Assembly: GCA_937927875.1 (NCBI GenBank)
Contig: CALEYV010000034.1
Coordinates: forward strand, 1 to 56,482
From: an uncultured Actinomycetes bacterium
GTDB lineage: Bacteria > Actinomycetota > Acidimicrobiia > IMCC26256 > PALSA-555
Length of the DNA: 56,482 nucleotides
Reading direction: 5' to 3'
The notes beneath the pieces are model-generated. The model saw only the letters and a list, made by a program, of their open reading frames with translations, was not told the DNA's origin and searched no databases. Positions 1 to 10,311 of the stretch are shown here, one piece after another; within the stretch, counting starts at the first letter, position 1, and every line of letters begins with the position of its first letter. Made by a program: the position numbers and the translations under genes.

Positions 1-853
1 TGAACAGCTCGGTGAGGCGAGCCCGCAGACGCGGCCAGCCGTCCCGGTCCATCTGTTCGCCGAGGTCCTCGTCGCCGAGCCCGGTCTTGGCGAGCAGCTC
101 GGCGTAGAACTGCGGCTCGAGCGCGCCGACCGCCACGTACTTGCCGTCCGCGCACTCGTAGGTGTCGTAGAAGGGCGCGCCGGTGTCGAGCACGTTCGTG
201 CCGTGGTGGTCCTCGTCGAACGCCCCGAGGTGGCGCAGTCCCCACATCATCGACATCAGGACCGCCGACCCGTCGATCATCGCCGCGTCGACGACCTGAC
301 CCTGGCCCGAGTCCCGAGCCTCGAGCACGCCGCACACGATCCCGAAGGCGAGGAACATCCCGCCGCCGCCGAAGTCGCCCACCATGTTGAGGGGCGGCGT
401 CGGCTTCTGGCCCTCCCGCCCGAAGTGCGCGAGCGCGCCCGCCAGCGCGATGTAGTCGATGTCGTGGCCTGCCGCGTGGGCCATCGGTCCGTCCTGGCCC
501 CACCCCGTCATGCGGCCGTAGACGAGCCGTGGGTTGCGGGCCAGGCACGCGTCCGGCCCGACGCCGAGCCGCTCCGTGACGCCGGGGCGGAACCCCTCGA
601 GGAGCGCGTCGGCGGACTCGACGAGCCGCAGCACCGTCTCGACGCCCTCGGGGTGCTTCAGGTCGACTCCGACCGAGCGGCGGTTGCGGTCCAGGACCGG
701 CACGCCGCCGGGGTCGAAGCCCCGCTCGACCGACTCGACCCGGTGGACGCGCAGCACGTCGGCGCCCATGTCGGCGAGGAGCATCGCCGCGAACGGTCCG
801 GGGCCGATCCCGACCAGCTCCACGACCTTCAGCGATGCCAGCGGCCCTGCCAT
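1..853 (-). CDS. Family III CoA-transferase / alpha-methylacyl-CoA racemase-like protein (C-terminus outside window)
   Basis: Not in the ORF track because it runs off the window start. Manual minus-strand translation from ATG at 853 gives [38 protein letters not shown]...[16 protein letters not shown]...[12 protein letters not shown]...[11 protein letters not shown]. This is the typical N-terminal half of CaiB/BaiF/Mcr proteins. Confidence 0.8.
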   Translation of the reverse strand, partial: MAGPLASLKVVELVGIGPGPFAAMLLADMGADVLRVHRVESVERGFDPGGVPVLDRNRRSVGVDLKHPEGVETVLRLVESADALLEGFRPGVTERLGVGPDACLARNPRLVYGRMTGWGQDGPMAHAAGHDIDYIALAGALAHFGREGQKPTPPLNMVGDFGGGGMFLAFGIVCGVLEARDSGQGQVVDAAMIDGSAVLMSMMWGLRHLGAFDEDHHGTNVLDTGAPFYDTYECADGKYVAVGALEPQFYAELLAKTGLGDEDLGEQMDRDGWPRLRARLTELF

Positions 854-947
854 GTCTCCCTCCCTGACGTCGGCGTCAGAGACTAAACGCGCGCCCGACG
901 GTGGGAGCCTGCTTGACCCGGCCGGTGGGGGCGGGTTCGATGGCCGC

Positions 948-1961
948 ATGCGACTGCGCCTCGACCCGGCCGACGAGTACATGCACCCCCTCGAGGAGGC
1001 CTCGAACTTCAACGAGAGCATGTACTTCAACTACTTCGACCCCCGGGAGCGGCTCGGCGGGTTCCTACGGCTCGGCAACCGCGCCAACGAGGGGTACGCC
1101 GAGCTGACCACCTGCCTCTACCTGCCCGACGGCCGGGTCGCGTTCACGTACTTCCGCCCCGAGATCTCGACCAACGACGCCTTCGACGCCGGCGGGATGC
1201 GCTTCGAGGTCGTCACGCCGTTCGAGGCCCAGCGGGTGACCTACGACGGGAAGATCTGCCTGCTCGAGCGGCCGCTCGAGATGGCGGACCCCCGGCGGGC
1301 GTTCACCGACAACCCGTGGACGAGCTGCCACGTCGACCTCGAGTACCGGGGGCTGTCGCCGATGCTCGGCGGGGAGCGGGTCAACGACGACGGGACGTCG
1401 GTCGACGAGGACCCGAGGGAGGCGTTCGCGCGTGGCCACTACGAGCAGCACGTCGGCGCACGCGGCGTGGTGCGGGTCGGCGACGAGGAGTGGGCCGTCG
1501 ACGGCTTCGGGCTGCGCGACCACTCGTGGGGCCCTCGGTTCTGGCAGGCGCCGTGGTGGTATCGCTGGCTCACCGGGAACTTCGGCGACGAGGGCGGGTT
1601 CGTGGTGTCGATCGTCACCCGCCGCAGCGGCGAGCAGATGGTCGGCGGGGTGTGGCTCGAGGACGGCGAGTACCAGCCGCTCGAGCGGGTCGAGCTCGAC
1701 ACGACGTGGCGGACCGAGGACCAGTACCACGAGCTGATCCACGCCGTCGTGGCGACCGCCGACGCCGAGCATGTGATCGAGGGTCGGGTCCTGTCGCTGA
1801 TCCCGCTGCGGAACCGGCGCAAGGGTCCCGACGGCGAGCAGCTGCTCACCCGCATCTCGGAGGGCATGACCGAGTGGCGCAGCGGCGACCGGGTCGGGTT
1901 CGGGCTGTCCGAGTACCTCGACCAGATCGTCGACGGCCAGCCGGTCGGCGTCGCCGCCTAG
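948..1961 (+). CDS. Conserved hypothetical protein (beta-rich, no family assigned)
   Basis: In-frame ATG at 948 inside track ORF 534..1961; the upstream part is an Arg/Ser/Pro-rich artefact. The product [31 protein letters not shown]...[17 protein letters not shown] has normal composition and GC3-rich codons. Confidence 0.6.
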   Translation: MRLRLDPADEYMHPLEEASNFNESMYFNYFDPRERLGGFLRLGNRANEGYAELTTCLYLPDGRVAFTYFRPEISTNDAFDAGGMRFEVVTPFEAQRVTYDGKICLLERPLEMADPRRAFTDNPWTSCHVDLEYRGLSPMLGGERVNDDGTSVDEDPREAFARGHYEQHVGARGVVRVGDEEWAVDGFGLRDHSWGPRFWQAPWWYRWLTGNFGDEGGFVVSIVTRRSGEQMVGGVWLEDGEYQPLERVELDTTWRTEDQYHELIHAVVATADAEHVIEGRVLSLIPLRNRRKGPDGEQLLTRISEGMTEWRSGDRVGFGLSEYLDQIVDGQPVGVAA

Positions 1962-2016
1962 GCCGATCGCGGCTCGCTGAGAAGGCCGGCGAAGCCGGCT
2001 CGTAGGCTCGTTCGCC

Positions 2017-3405
2017 TTGGACGACGCGCTCCTGGCGGCAGCGGTGACGCGCCACCTGGGCGGCGGCGCGACGGTCGAGAACCTCCGGCGGCTCTCGGGC
2101 GGCGCGTCGCGCGAGACGTGGTCCTTCGACGCCGTCGGCGGCGGCGAACGGACCGGGCTGGTGCTGCGCCGCGACCCGGCCCCGGCCGCCGCCGGCCCGC
2201 TCGACCGCTCGGCGGAGGCCGAGGTCATCCGGGCTGCGCACGACGCCGGGGTGCGAGCGCCGCGGGTGTGGTTCGTGCTCGGCACCGACGACTCGCTCGG
2301 TTCGGGGTTCGTGATGGAGCGCGTCGACGGCGAGACCGTCGCCCGCCGGATCCTGCGCGACGACGCCTACGCGGAGGCCCGGCCCCGGCTCGCCGCCCAG
2401 TGCGCGACGCAGGCGGCCCGGATCCATGCCGTGCCGACGGCGTCGCTGCCCGACTCCTTGGCGACTCTCGGTCCCCGTGAGCAGCTCGACCAGTACCGGG
2501 CCGTGCTCGACGGCGTCGGTGAGCCCCATCCGGCCTTCGAGCTGGGGCTGCGCCGGCTCGCCCGCGACGCACCCGAAACCGGGACGGTCACGCTCGTGCA
2601 CGGCGACTTCCGCAACGGCAACCTGGTCGTCGGCCCGGAGGGACTCCGGGCCGTCCTCGACTGGGAGCTCGCGCACCTCGGCGACCCGATCGAGGACCTC
2701 GGGTGGCTGTGCGTGAAGTCGTGGCGCTTCGGCGTGAGCGACCGGCGGGTGGGCGGCTTCGGCGAGGTCGAGGAGCTGCGGGCCGCCTACGCCGACGCAG
2801 GCGGGCAACCGGTCGACCCGACCCGGCTGGCGTGGTGGGAGGCGCTCGGCACCCTGAAGTGGGGCGTCATCTGCGAGATGCAGGCCCAGGCCCACCTGCA
2901 GGGCCTGATCCGGTCCGTCGAGCTGGCGACGCTCGGGCGCCGGATCGCCGAGATGGAGTGGGACCTGCTCGACCTGCTCGACGAGGGCGGGGGGTCGGCG
3001 GCCCCGCCCCCGGCCGGCACCGACCACGCGGCGCGGACGCCGTCGCTCCAGGACCGCCCGAGCGCGGCGGAGCTCGTGGACGCGGTCCGCGAGTTCCTCG
3101 AGCGCGACGTGCAAGGTGCCGTGGACGGACGCGTCGCCTTCCACACCCGGGTGGCGGTCAACGCGCTCGGCATGGTCGAGCGAGAGCTCGCGCTCGGCCC
3201 GGACCTCGACGCGGCGGCGACGAAGCGCCTGGCCAGCTTCTTGGGTCAGGACGGTGACATCGAGACGCTCGTCGCCGAGCTGGCGGCGCGCATCCGCGCC
3301 GGCGGGCTCGACGACGACCCGGAGGCGCTCGCCGTCACCCGCGACCTCGTCCGGGCCAAGCTCGAGGTGGCGAACCCGCGCTACCTGCCGGCGAGCGCGC
3401 CGTGA
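2017..3405 (+). CDS. Aminoglycoside-phosphotransferase (APH) family kinase with helical C-terminal extension
   Basis: TTG start. Kinase motifs: LVHGDFRNGNLVV (HGDxxxxN catalytic loop) and LDWELAHLGDPIEDL (DWE). About 130 aa of helical C-terminal domain follow (RPSAAELVDAVREFLERD...). Confidence 0.8.
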   Translation: MDDALLAAAVTRHLGGGATVENLRRLSGGASRETWSFDAVGGGERTGLVLRRDPAPAAAGPLDRSAEAEVIRAAHDAGVRAPRVWFVLGTDDSLGSGFVMERVDGETVARRILRDDAYAEARPRLAAQCATQAARIHAVPTASLPDSLATLGPREQLDQYRAVLDGVGEPHPAFELGLRRLARDAPETGTVTLVHGDFRNGNLVVGPEGLRAVLDWELAHLGDPIEDLGWLCVKSWRFGVSDRRVGGFGEVEELRAAYADAGGQPVDPTRLAWWEALGTLKWGVICEMQAQAHLQGLIRSVELATLGRRIAEMEWDLLDLLDEGGGSAAPPPAGTDHAARTPSLQDRPSAAELVDAVREFLERDVQGAVDGRVAFHTRVAVNALGMVERELALGPDLDAAATKRLASFLGQDGDIETLVAELAARIRAGGLDDDPEALAVTRDLVRAKLEVANPRYLPASAP

Positions 3406-3719
3406 CCCGCCGAGCGACGGTCGGCGTCGCCGCGCTCCTGATGGCCGGCCTGCTCGGGACCGCCGCCGCCGTCCCGGCCGCGGCGTCGACCCCGGTCGCC
3501 GTCCCGTGCCCGAACGGGCGCCCGGCCGGCCCCCACGTCGCCTGCACCGGTCCGGTGACGCACCACGCCGGTGGCGGAGGCGGCGTCCTCACGGTCGTCG
3601 TCTCGGTCGTGGTCGGCCTCGCGGTCGCCGCCGGCGCGCTCGTCCTCGTCCGGCGCCGGATCGCCCGCGACGCGCTCCGCCCGCTGCCCGCCACCAGTCG
3701 AGCGCGACGGCCGTCATGA
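3402..3719 (+). CDS. Small secreted/membrane-anchored hypothetical protein
   Basis: GTG start overlaps the upstream stop (GTGA), and its own stop overlaps the xthA ATG (ATGA). N-terminal signal-like segment VGVAALLMAGLLGTAAAVPAAAS; C-terminal hydrophobic helix VLTVVVSVVVGLAVAAGALVLV followed by RRRIARD. GC3-rich codons. Confidence 0.45.
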   Translation: MTRRATVGVAALLMAGLLGTAAAVPAAASTPVAVPCPNGRPAGPHVACTGPVTHHAGGGGGVLTVVVSVVVGLAVAAGALVLVRRRIARDALRPLPATSRARRPS

Positions 3720-4498
3720 GAATCGCGACGTGGAACGTGAACTCCCTGAAGAAGCGCCAGGAACGCGTCGAGGAGTGGCTCGGCTACGCCGACGCGGACG
3801 TGGTGTGCCTCCAGGAGACCAAGGTCAGCGACGACAACTTCCCGCAGCTGGCGTTCGGCGCCCTCGGCTACGACGCCGTGCACCACGGCCCCGGGCAGTG
3901 GAACGGCGTGGCCATCCTGTCCCGGGTCGGCATCAGTGACGTGACGACCGGCTTCGACGGCACCGAGCTCGTCGACCCGTACGAAGGCGACGCCCGGCTC
4001 CTGGCCGCGACGTGCGGCGGGGTCCGGGTCGTCACGGTGTACGTCCCGAACGGACGCGAGGTCGGCTCGGACTTCTACCAGCGCAAGCTCGTCTGGCTCG
4101 ACCATCTGCGCTCGTGGCTCGACGCCACCGCGTCCCCCGACGACCCGCTGGCGGTGCTGGGCGACTTCAACGTGGCGCCCGAGGACCGCGACCTCTGGTC
4201 GCCGGCCGCGTTCGAGGGCGACACCCACGTGACCGAGCCCGAACGGGCCGCCGTCACCGCGCTCGAGGACTGGGGCCTCGTCGACGCGTTCCGGGAGGTG
4301 TATCCCCAGGACCGCCTGTTCACGTACTGGGACTACCGCCGCGGTGACTTCCACGAGCACCGGGGGATGCGCATCGACCTCGTGCTCGTCACCGCGCCGC
4401 TGGCGAGCCGGGTCCGCTGGGCGCTCGTCGACCGCAACGCCCGGAAGGGCAAGCTGCCGTCGGACCACGCCCCCGTCGTCGTCGACCTCGCCGACTGA
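3716..4498 (+). CDS. xthA: Exodeoxyribonuclease III (AP endonuclease)
   Basis: Internal ATG of track ORF 3116..4498. MRIATWNVNSLKKR, VVCLQETK, LGDFNVAP, LPSDHAPVVVDL match the ExoIII/EEP motifs. Confidence 0.9.
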   Translation: MRIATWNVNSLKKRQERVEEWLGYADADVVCLQETKVSDDNFPQLAFGALGYDAVHHGPGQWNGVAILSRVGISDVTTGFDGTELVDPYEGDARLLAATCGGVRVVTVYVPNGREVGSDFYQRKLVWLDHLRSWLDATASPDDPLAVLGDFNVAPEDRDLWSPAAFEGDTHVTEPERAAVTALEDWGLVDAFREVYPQDRLFTYWDYRRGDFHEHRGMRIDLVLVTAPLASRVRWALVDRNARKGKLPSDHAPVVVDLAD

Positions 4499-4519
4499 CA
4501 CCGCACCGGAGCCGGGTGG

Positions 4520-4975
4520 ATGAGCGAGCACGGGCCGGTCTTCAACCAGATCAACCTGGTCGTGCGCGACATGGCGGCGATGGTCGAGTTCTACGAACGG
4601 CTCGGCGTGGAGCTCACGCCGACGATCCCGCCATGGGATCGGCATCACCGCAGCTTCTCGAGCACCTCGATGACCGACGGGTTCGACTTCGACCTCGACA
4701 GCGCCGCGTTCGCCCGGCAATGGGACGAGGGCTGGCCTTCGAGCCAGGCCGGTCCCGTCCTCGGGTTCCGCCTCGTATCGGCGGCCGCCGTCGACGAGAC
4801 GTACCGCCAGCTCACGAGCGCGGGGTACGCCGGCCAGCAGCCGCCGTACGACGGGTTCATGGGCGCGCGATACGCCGTGGTCAGCGATCCCGATGGCAAC
4901 TCGGTCGGCCTCATGAGCCCGATCGACCCGTCGCGCCGGACGATCCCGACGCCACCCGACGACGGGCTCAGCTGA
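4520..4975 (+). CDS. VOC (glyoxalase/bleomycin-resistance/dioxygenase) family protein
   Basis: ATG preceded by GGAG. VFNQINLVVRDMAAMVEFYERLG ... YAVVSDPDGNSVGLM is typical of a VOC fold. Confidence 0.75.
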   Translation: MSEHGPVFNQINLVVRDMAAMVEFYERLGVELTPTIPPWDRHHRSFSSTSMTDGFDFDLDSAAFARQWDEGWPSSQAGPVLGFRLVSAAAVDETYRQLTSAGYAGQQPPYDGFMGARYAVVSDPDGNSVGLMSPIDPSRRTIPTPPDDGLS

Positions 4976-5441
4976 CCTGCCGCAGCTCGCCCTCGAGGTG
5001 GAAGCCGAGGGGCTGGTCGACGGCCGCCATGTCGAGGCGATACCAGAGCACGTCGCCGCGCCGCTCGTAGACGCGGCGCACCTCGGTGACCGACTTCGCG
5101 GTCGGCGCCGTGACCACCTGTCGGGACGTCAGCTCGAGCCGCGGCCCGGTGACCGTGCCGAGGCTCAGCTCGAGGACCCCGCTCGGGTGGGCCAGCACGA
5201 GCTCGGCACCGGTCGGCGCGGGGCGCAGGTAGCCGACCTCGGCGTGCGACGGCGTGCGGTCGGGGAGCAGCCAGGTCTTCTGCCCGTAGGCGAGCAACGG
5301 CTTGCCGGGCCAGCTGATGGTCAGCTCCTCGGCATACGCGAAGTCGTCGACGGTCGGGTAGGCGCCCCGGCCTTCCCCGACCCAGGTGCCGACGAGGAAG
5401 CGGAACGGCGCCAGCGCCGGCGGCAGCTCGGCCTCGTCCAC
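4968..5441 (-). CDS. FABP-family / nitrobindin-like (THAP4-type heme-binding beta-barrel) protein
   Basis: LAPFRFLVGTWVGEGRGAYPTVDDFAYAEELT signature. 157 aa. Convergent 8-nt overlap with the VOC gene. Confidence 0.7.
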   Translation of the reverse strand: MDEAELPPALAPFRFLVGTWVGEGRGAYPTVDDFAYAEELTISWPGKPLLAYGQKTWLLPDRTPSHAEVGYLRPAPTGAELVLAHPSGVLELSLGTVTGPRLELTSRQVVTAPTAKSVTEVRRVYERRGDVLWYRLDMAAVDQPLGFHLEGELRQVS

Positions 5442-5520
5442 GCCACCGAGCCTCGCGCCGCGAGCGGGCTGGTTGCGGATCCGGCTCCGGTCTCGACGGA
5501 GCCGGCGATTCGAGCCGCGC

Positions 5521-6108
5521 TCAGCGGGCGCGGCGGTGCATGAACCAGATGGGGAAGCCGAGGTGACGGTCCTCGACCGCCACGTCGAAGCCGTGGCGGC
5601 GGTAGAAGACGACGTTCTCGGGCTTGTCGGTCTCGAGCCAGCCCGCCTCGCCGTCGTGGTCCAGCCGCTTGCAGACCGTCGCCATCATCCGGCCGCCGAT
5701 CCCGAGCCCCTGGACACCGGGTTCGACGCCGACCGGGCCGACGTGGACGTGGCGCTCCTCGGGGTCGTGTTCGCACATGGTCGAGATGACGAAGCGGGCC
5801 CGGTCGAAGCCGACCGCGTCGGCGGGCGCGACGTCAGGCACGCGTCGCAGGTCGGGGATCGCGGTGGCGCCGATGCAGCCGCCCGGCGCGGCCGCGGCGG
5901 CGACGCCGATCACATGACGGCCGACCAGCGCGCCGACCGAGTCCGGCGGGATGCGCTCGACAAACGTGTCGTAGCCGGTCTGCAGGCGGGCCAACGGATC
6001 GTCGGGGACGCTGAAGGCCATCATCGGGTTGTCGCGCAACGCCCGGGCCGCGACGGCGCCGGCGAAACGGACCTCGTCGCCGGTCAGCGGCCGGACCTCG
6101 AACTCCAC
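5521..6108 (-). CDS. GNAT family N-acetyltransferase
   Basis: GTG start. Acetyl-CoA-binding motif [11 protein letters not shown] and C-terminal [10 protein letters not shown]. Lies 10 nt downstream of etfA on the same strand. Confidence 0.7.
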   Translation of the reverse strand: MEFEVRPLTGDEVRFAGAVAARALRDNPMMAFSVPDDPLARLQTGYDTFVERIPPDSVGALVGRHVIGVAAAAAPGGCIGATAIPDLRRVPDVAPADAVGFDRARFVISTMCEHDPEERHVHVGPVGVEPGVQGLGIGGRMMATVCKRLDHDGEAGWLETDKPENVVFYRRHGFDVAVEDRHLGFPIWFMHRRAR

Positions 6109-6118
6109 GGGCCCGGTG

Positions 6119-7087
6119 CTACTGCTTGGCCTTGATCGCCTCGATGAGCTTCGGCACGACCTTGTGCACGTCGCCGACGACGCCGAGATCGGCGATCGAG
6201 AAGATCGGCGCCTCGCCGTCCTTGTTGATGGCGAGGATGTTGTCGGAGCCCTTCATGCCGACCAGGTGCTGGGTGGCCCCCGAGATGCCGAGCGCGACGT
6301 AGAGCTTCGGCTTCACGACCTTGCCGGTCTGGCCGACCTGCTTCGCGTACGGCACCCAGCCGGCGTCGACGATGGCGCGCGAGGCGCCGGAGGCGCCCTT
6401 GAGCAGCTTGGCGAGCTCCTCGACGAGCGGCTCGTACGCCTCGGCACTCCCGAGCCCGCGTCCGCCGGACACGACCACCTCGGCGTCCTCGAGCTTCGGG
6501 CCCTCGCGCTCCTCGACGTGGCGCTCGAGCACCGTGGCCTCGCCGGCCCGGCCCGCGTCGACCGCGTCCACCTTCTCCACCGTGGCCGGCGAGCCGCCGG
6601 AGGGCTCGGCCGGGAACGACTTGGGGCGGATGACCGCCAGGTGCGGGCCCGGCCCGGTGAACGCGGTGTCGACGATCGTGTTGCCGCCGAAGATGGCGGT
6701 CTGGACGACGACCCGGTCGCCGTCGACCGAGAGGCCGGTGCCGTTCGTGACCACCGGACGGTCGAGGGCGGCCGACAGCCGGCCGACGGCGTCGCGGCCG
6801 TCGTAGGTCTGGGCGAAGAGGATGAGGTCCGGCTGGTGGGCGGTCACGAGCGCGGTGAGCGTCGCCGCGCCGACCACGCCGGCGAGCGCGTCACCGGGGT
6901 CGGCGGCGTGCAGCGTCGTCGCGCCGTACTCGCCGAGGGGGGCCGCGAAGCTGTCGGCGTCGCCGCCGACGAAGACCGCCTCGACCGAGTCGCCGAGCTC
7001 GCGGGCCTTCGTGAGGATCTCGAGCGTGCTGCTGTGCGGCTTCGGGCCGTCCGCCTCGGCGTACACCCAGACCTTGGAGAGTCCCAT
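6119..7087 (-). CDS. etfA: Electron transfer flavoprotein subunit alpha
   Basis: Internal ATG (7087) of track ORF 6119..7228. [11 protein letters not shown]..., [25 protein letters not shown] (FAD-binding signature). Confidence 0.9.
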   Translation of the reverse strand: MGLSKVWVYAEADGPKPHSSTLEILTKARELGDSVEAVFVGGDADSFAAPLGEYGATTLHAADPGDALAGVVGAATLTALVTAHQPDLILFAQTYDGRDAVGRLSAALDRPVVTNGTGLSVDGDRVVVQTAIFGGNTIVDTAFTGPGPHLAVIRPKSFPAEPSGGSPATVEKVDAVDAGRAGEATVLERHVEEREGPKLEDAEVVVSGGRGLGSAEAYEPLVEELAKLLKGASGASRAIVDAGWVPYAKQVGQTGKVVKPKLYVALGISGATQHLVGMKGSDNILAINKDGEAPIFSIADLGVVGDVHKVVPKLIEAIKAKQ

Positions 7088-7095
7088 CGTCGACC

Positions 7096-7878
7096 TCAGA
7101 TGACCTTGAGCTGCTCGAGGAACTCGACGATGCGCTCGTGGGCGCTCCCGTCGTCCTCGATCTTCTCGCCCGCCTCCCGGGCCGGGGCGGCGGCGACGTT
7201 CACGATCTCCTGGCGGGCGCCCTTCCACCCCACGTCGTCGGGCGAGAGGCCGAGGTCAGCGACCGTGCACTCGTCGACCGGCTTGTTCTTCGCCGCCATG
7301 ATCCCCTTGAACGACGGGTAGCGGGGCTCGACGACCCCGGCGGTGACGCTCACGACCGCGGGCAGGGAGCTCTCGACGGTGTCGTAGCCGGCCTCGGTCT
7401 GACGCTGGATCGTCAGCTTCCCCTCGCCGACCTCGACGTGCTTGGCGAACGTGAGCGACGGCCAGTCGAGCAGCTGGGCCATCTGGGCGGGGACGGTCCC
7501 GGTGTAGCCGTCGGTGGACTCGGTGGCCGCGAGCACCAGGTCGATGCCGCCGGCTCGCTCCACCGCCTTGGCCAGCACCTTGGCCGTGGAGAGGGCGTCG
7601 CTGCCGGCCAGGGCGGGGTCCGACACGAGCACCGCCTTGGCCGCGCCCATGGCGAGGGCGGTCCGCAGGCCCGAGACCTCGTTGTTGGGCGCCATCGAGA
7701 CCAGGGTCACCTCGCCGCCGCCGGTCTTGTCGACGAGCTGGAGCGCCATCTCGACGCCGTAGCTGTCGGACTCGTCCAGGATCAGCTTGCCCTCGCGCTT
7801 CAGGGTCTTCGACTCGGGATCCAGCTCCCCCGGCACGGCCGGGTCGGGGATCTGCTTCACGCATACGGCGATGTTCAT
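7096..7878 (-). CDS. etfB: Electron transfer flavoprotein subunit beta
   Basis: Internal ATG (7878) of track ORF 7096..8448. MNIAVCVKQIPDP..., DLVLAATESTDGYTGTVPAQMAQLL. Ends 8 nt before etfA. Confidence 0.9.
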   Translation of the reverse strand: MNIAVCVKQIPDPAVPGELDPESKTLKREGKLILDESDSYGVEMALQLVDKTGGGEVTLVSMAPNNEVSGLRTALAMGAAKAVLVSDPALAGSDALSTAKVLAKAVERAGGIDLVLAATESTDGYTGTVPAQMAQLLDWPSLTFAKHVEVGEGKLTIQRQTEAGYDTVESSLPAVVSVTAGVVEPRYPSFKGIMAAKNKPVDECTVADLGLSPDDVGWKGARQEIVNVAAAPAREAGEKIEDDGSAHERIVEFLEQLKVI

Positions 7879-7999
7879 AGGGTCTGCTCCGCTTTCCGCG
7901 CGCCGCCCCGAGGCGGCGCCGTGGCGGACCGCTGCATTCTGGTCTGACCGGCGCCGCAGCGTCGAAACCGGGGCCCGGACCCTCGGTACCGTCGGTGTC

Positions 8000-9190
8000 G
8001 TGCGGGCCAGCGCCGACGTCGTCATCGTGGGGGCGGGGCCGGCCGGCGCGGCGGCCGCGATCGCCGCTGCGACCCGCGGCCTCGACGTGATCATGGTCGA
8101 CCGGGCCACGTTCCCGCGCGACAAGACCTGCGGCGACGGCCTCACCGCGGCGGCGCTGCGCCTCCTCGAGGACCTCGGCGTCGAGGTGCCGAACCTGCCG
8201 GCCGCGCCGGTGCGCTCGGTGGTGCTCGTCGCCCCCGACCACTGGCAGGTCGAGCTCCCGATGCCGGAGGCCGGCCTGCACGCGGCCGTCGTCGAGCGGG
8301 CGCGGCTCGACGCCGCGCTCGTCGACCGGGCCCGGGCGGCGGGCGTCGACGTCCGCGAGGGCGTCGCGGTCGAAGCCGTCACCGACGACGCCGACCGGGT
8401 CCGCCTCGAGACCCGGGACGGGGACCCGCTCAACGCGCGGTTCGTCATCGCCGCCGACGGCCACTACTCGAGCGTGCGTCGCCGGCACGGCGGCGCCGAG
8501 CCCGACCTCGGCACCTGGCACGCGGTGCGCCAGTACTTCCGCAACGTCGGGGACCCGCGCCTGTGGGTGCTCTTCGAGCCCGACCTGCTCCCCGGCTACG
8601 CGTGGGTGTTCCCGCTGCCCGGCGGGCGCGCCAACGTCGGGTTCGGCGTGCTGCGCGGCGCCGGCTACGACGGGGCGGCGCTGCGCCGGCTCTGGCCCGA
8701 CCTGCTGAACCGCGACCCGATGCGCGCCGCGCTCGGGCCGCTCGCCGAGCCCGAGGACCGGCACCGGGCGTGGCCGATCCCGAGCTGCTACTCGCCGGCT
8801 CGGCTCGCCGACGGACGGGTCCTCTACGCCGGCGACGCGGCCGGCGTCGTCGACCCGATGACGGGCGAGGGCATCGCGCAGGCCATCGAGACCGGCGCGC
8901 TCGCCGCCCGTGCGATCGCCGACGGCGGCGCGGCGGCCGGCGTCGCCGACCGCTACCGGGCCGCGGTGCACCAGGCGCTGGGACGGGACCTGCGGTTCGC
9001 GGCGGTGCTGCAGCGGCTGCTGACGTCGCGACGCATCACCGGGGCCGCGCTCCGAGCCGTGGGGCTCACGCCGTGGACGCGACGCAACTTCGCCCGCTGG
9101 ATGTTCGAGGACTACCCCCGGGCCGCGCTGTTCACCCCGGACCGCTGGCAGCGCCGCCTCCTCACGCCGACCGGCGCGTTCGGCGCCTGA
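8000..9190 (+). CDS. Geranylgeranyl reductase family FAD-dependent oxidoreductase
   Basis: GTG at 8000 inside track ORF 7787..9190. ADVVIVGAGPAGAAAAIAAA (dinucleotide fold), PRDKTCGDGL, YAGDAAGVVDPMTGEGI. Confidence 0.75.
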   Translation: MRASADVVIVGAGPAGAAAAIAAATRGLDVIMVDRATFPRDKTCGDGLTAAALRLLEDLGVEVPNLPAAPVRSVVLVAPDHWQVELPMPEAGLHAAVVERARLDAALVDRARAAGVDVREGVAVEAVTDDADRVRLETRDGDPLNARFVIAADGHYSSVRRRHGGAEPDLGTWHAVRQYFRNVGDPRLWVLFEPDLLPGYAWVFPLPGGRANVGFGVLRGAGYDGAALRRLWPDLLNRDPMRAALGPLAEPEDRHRAWPIPSCYSPARLADGRVLYAGDAAGVVDPMTGEGIAQAIETGALAARAIADGGAAAGVADRYRAAVHQALGRDLRFAAVLQRLLTSRRITGAALRAVGLTPWTRRNFARWMFEDYPRAALFTPDRWQRRLLTPTGAFGA

Positions 9191-9200
9191 GCCGCGCTCG

Positions 9201-10250
9201 TCACCAGGCGGTCGGGATGCTCGGGCCGCCCGGCTCGACCAGGACCTTCACGTGCTGGTCGGCGTGTCCGAGCTCGTCGAAGGCGGCCGCGACCCCGTCG
9301 AGGCCGACCCGGCCGGTCAGCAGCGGCGCCACGTCCAGCTCGCCGTCCGCCAGCGCCCGCAGCGTGGCGTCGAACTCGTCGTTGTCGTACGCGTACACGA
9401 ACTGCAGGGCCAGCTCCTTCACCACCGCCAGCAGGGGACGGATGGTGTCGGGCTGCATGCACACCCCCGCCACGACGAGCCGCGACCGGGCCGGGACCGA
9501 CGCCAGGAGCTCGTCGAGGACGCCCGGCACGCCGACCGCCTCGAACACGACCAGCGGCTTCGCCGCCGCGGCCCGGACCGCGGCCGCGCCGGCCGGCTCG
9601 GTGGCGGGGTCGTGGACGACGTCGGCGCCGAGCTCGGCCGCCAGCCGGCGCCGGCGGGGCGAGTAGTCGCTGGCGACGATCGGCTCGACGTCGCGGGCCC
9701 GCAGCCACGCGATGAGCGCCAGCCCGATCGGCCCGCAGCCGATCACCAGCGCCGCGTCGCCCGGCTCGACGCGGGCCTGGTTCACCGCGTGGAGCCCGAC
9801 CGCCATCGGCTCGGTGAGCGCGGCGCGTCGGTCGTCGAGGCCGTTCGGCACCGGCCGGCACAGCGCGGCGGTGAGCAGGAACCGCTCGCAGTAGCCCGCG
9901 TAGTCGTCGTTCGAGAAGCCGAGCGGGATCAGGTCGAGGCCCCGTACGAGATACGGCACCGACACCACCCGGTCGCCCGGCTGCACCGACGACGGCGCGT
10001 TGCGTCCGACCTCGAGCACCTCCGCCACCCACTCGTGGCCGAGGAAGTAGTCCTGCTCGGGGTCGAACCGCCCTTCCATCCCCATCGCGGTCGCGACCGC
10101 GGGCAGCGCGTCGGCATGGGCCAGCGTGTGCAGGTCGCTGCCGCAGATCCCGCAGGCCCGCAGCGACACGAGGGCGTCGTCCTCGCCGGGGGTGGGCTCG
10201 GGCAGGTCCTCGACCACGAGCCGACCCCGGCGGGCCACGACGCCGCGCAC
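9201..10250 (-). CDS. Zn-dependent alcohol dehydrogenase (MDR superfamily)
   Basis: GTG at 10250 gives (M)RGVVARRGRLVVEDLPEP. CGICGSDLH (catalytic Zn site), GHEWVAEV, VIGCGPIGL (NAD fold). The start is uncertain; an alternative GTG lies at 10238. Confidence 0.75.
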   Translation of the reverse strand: MRGVVARRGRLVVEDLPEPTPGEDDALVSLRACGICGSDLHTLAHADALPAVATAMGMEGRFDPEQDYFLGHEWVAEVLEVGRNAPSSVQPGDRVVSVPYLVRGLDLIPLGFSNDDYAGYCERFLLTAALCRPVPNGLDDRRAALTEPMAVGLHAVNQARVEPGDAALVIGCGPIGLALIAWLRARDVEPIVASDYSPRRRRLAAELGADVVHDPATEPAGAAAVRAAAAKPLVVFEAVGVPGVLDELLASVPARSRLVVAGVCMQPDTIRPLLAVVKELALQFVYAYDNDEFDATLRALADGELDVAPLLTGRVGLDGVAAAFDELGHADQHVKVLVEPGGPSIPTAW

Positions 10251-10311
10251 GGATCGGGAGCGTAGGCGGCGGCGGCTTGACCGACGCGGGCCACCCCACG
10301 ACACTCGCCCC

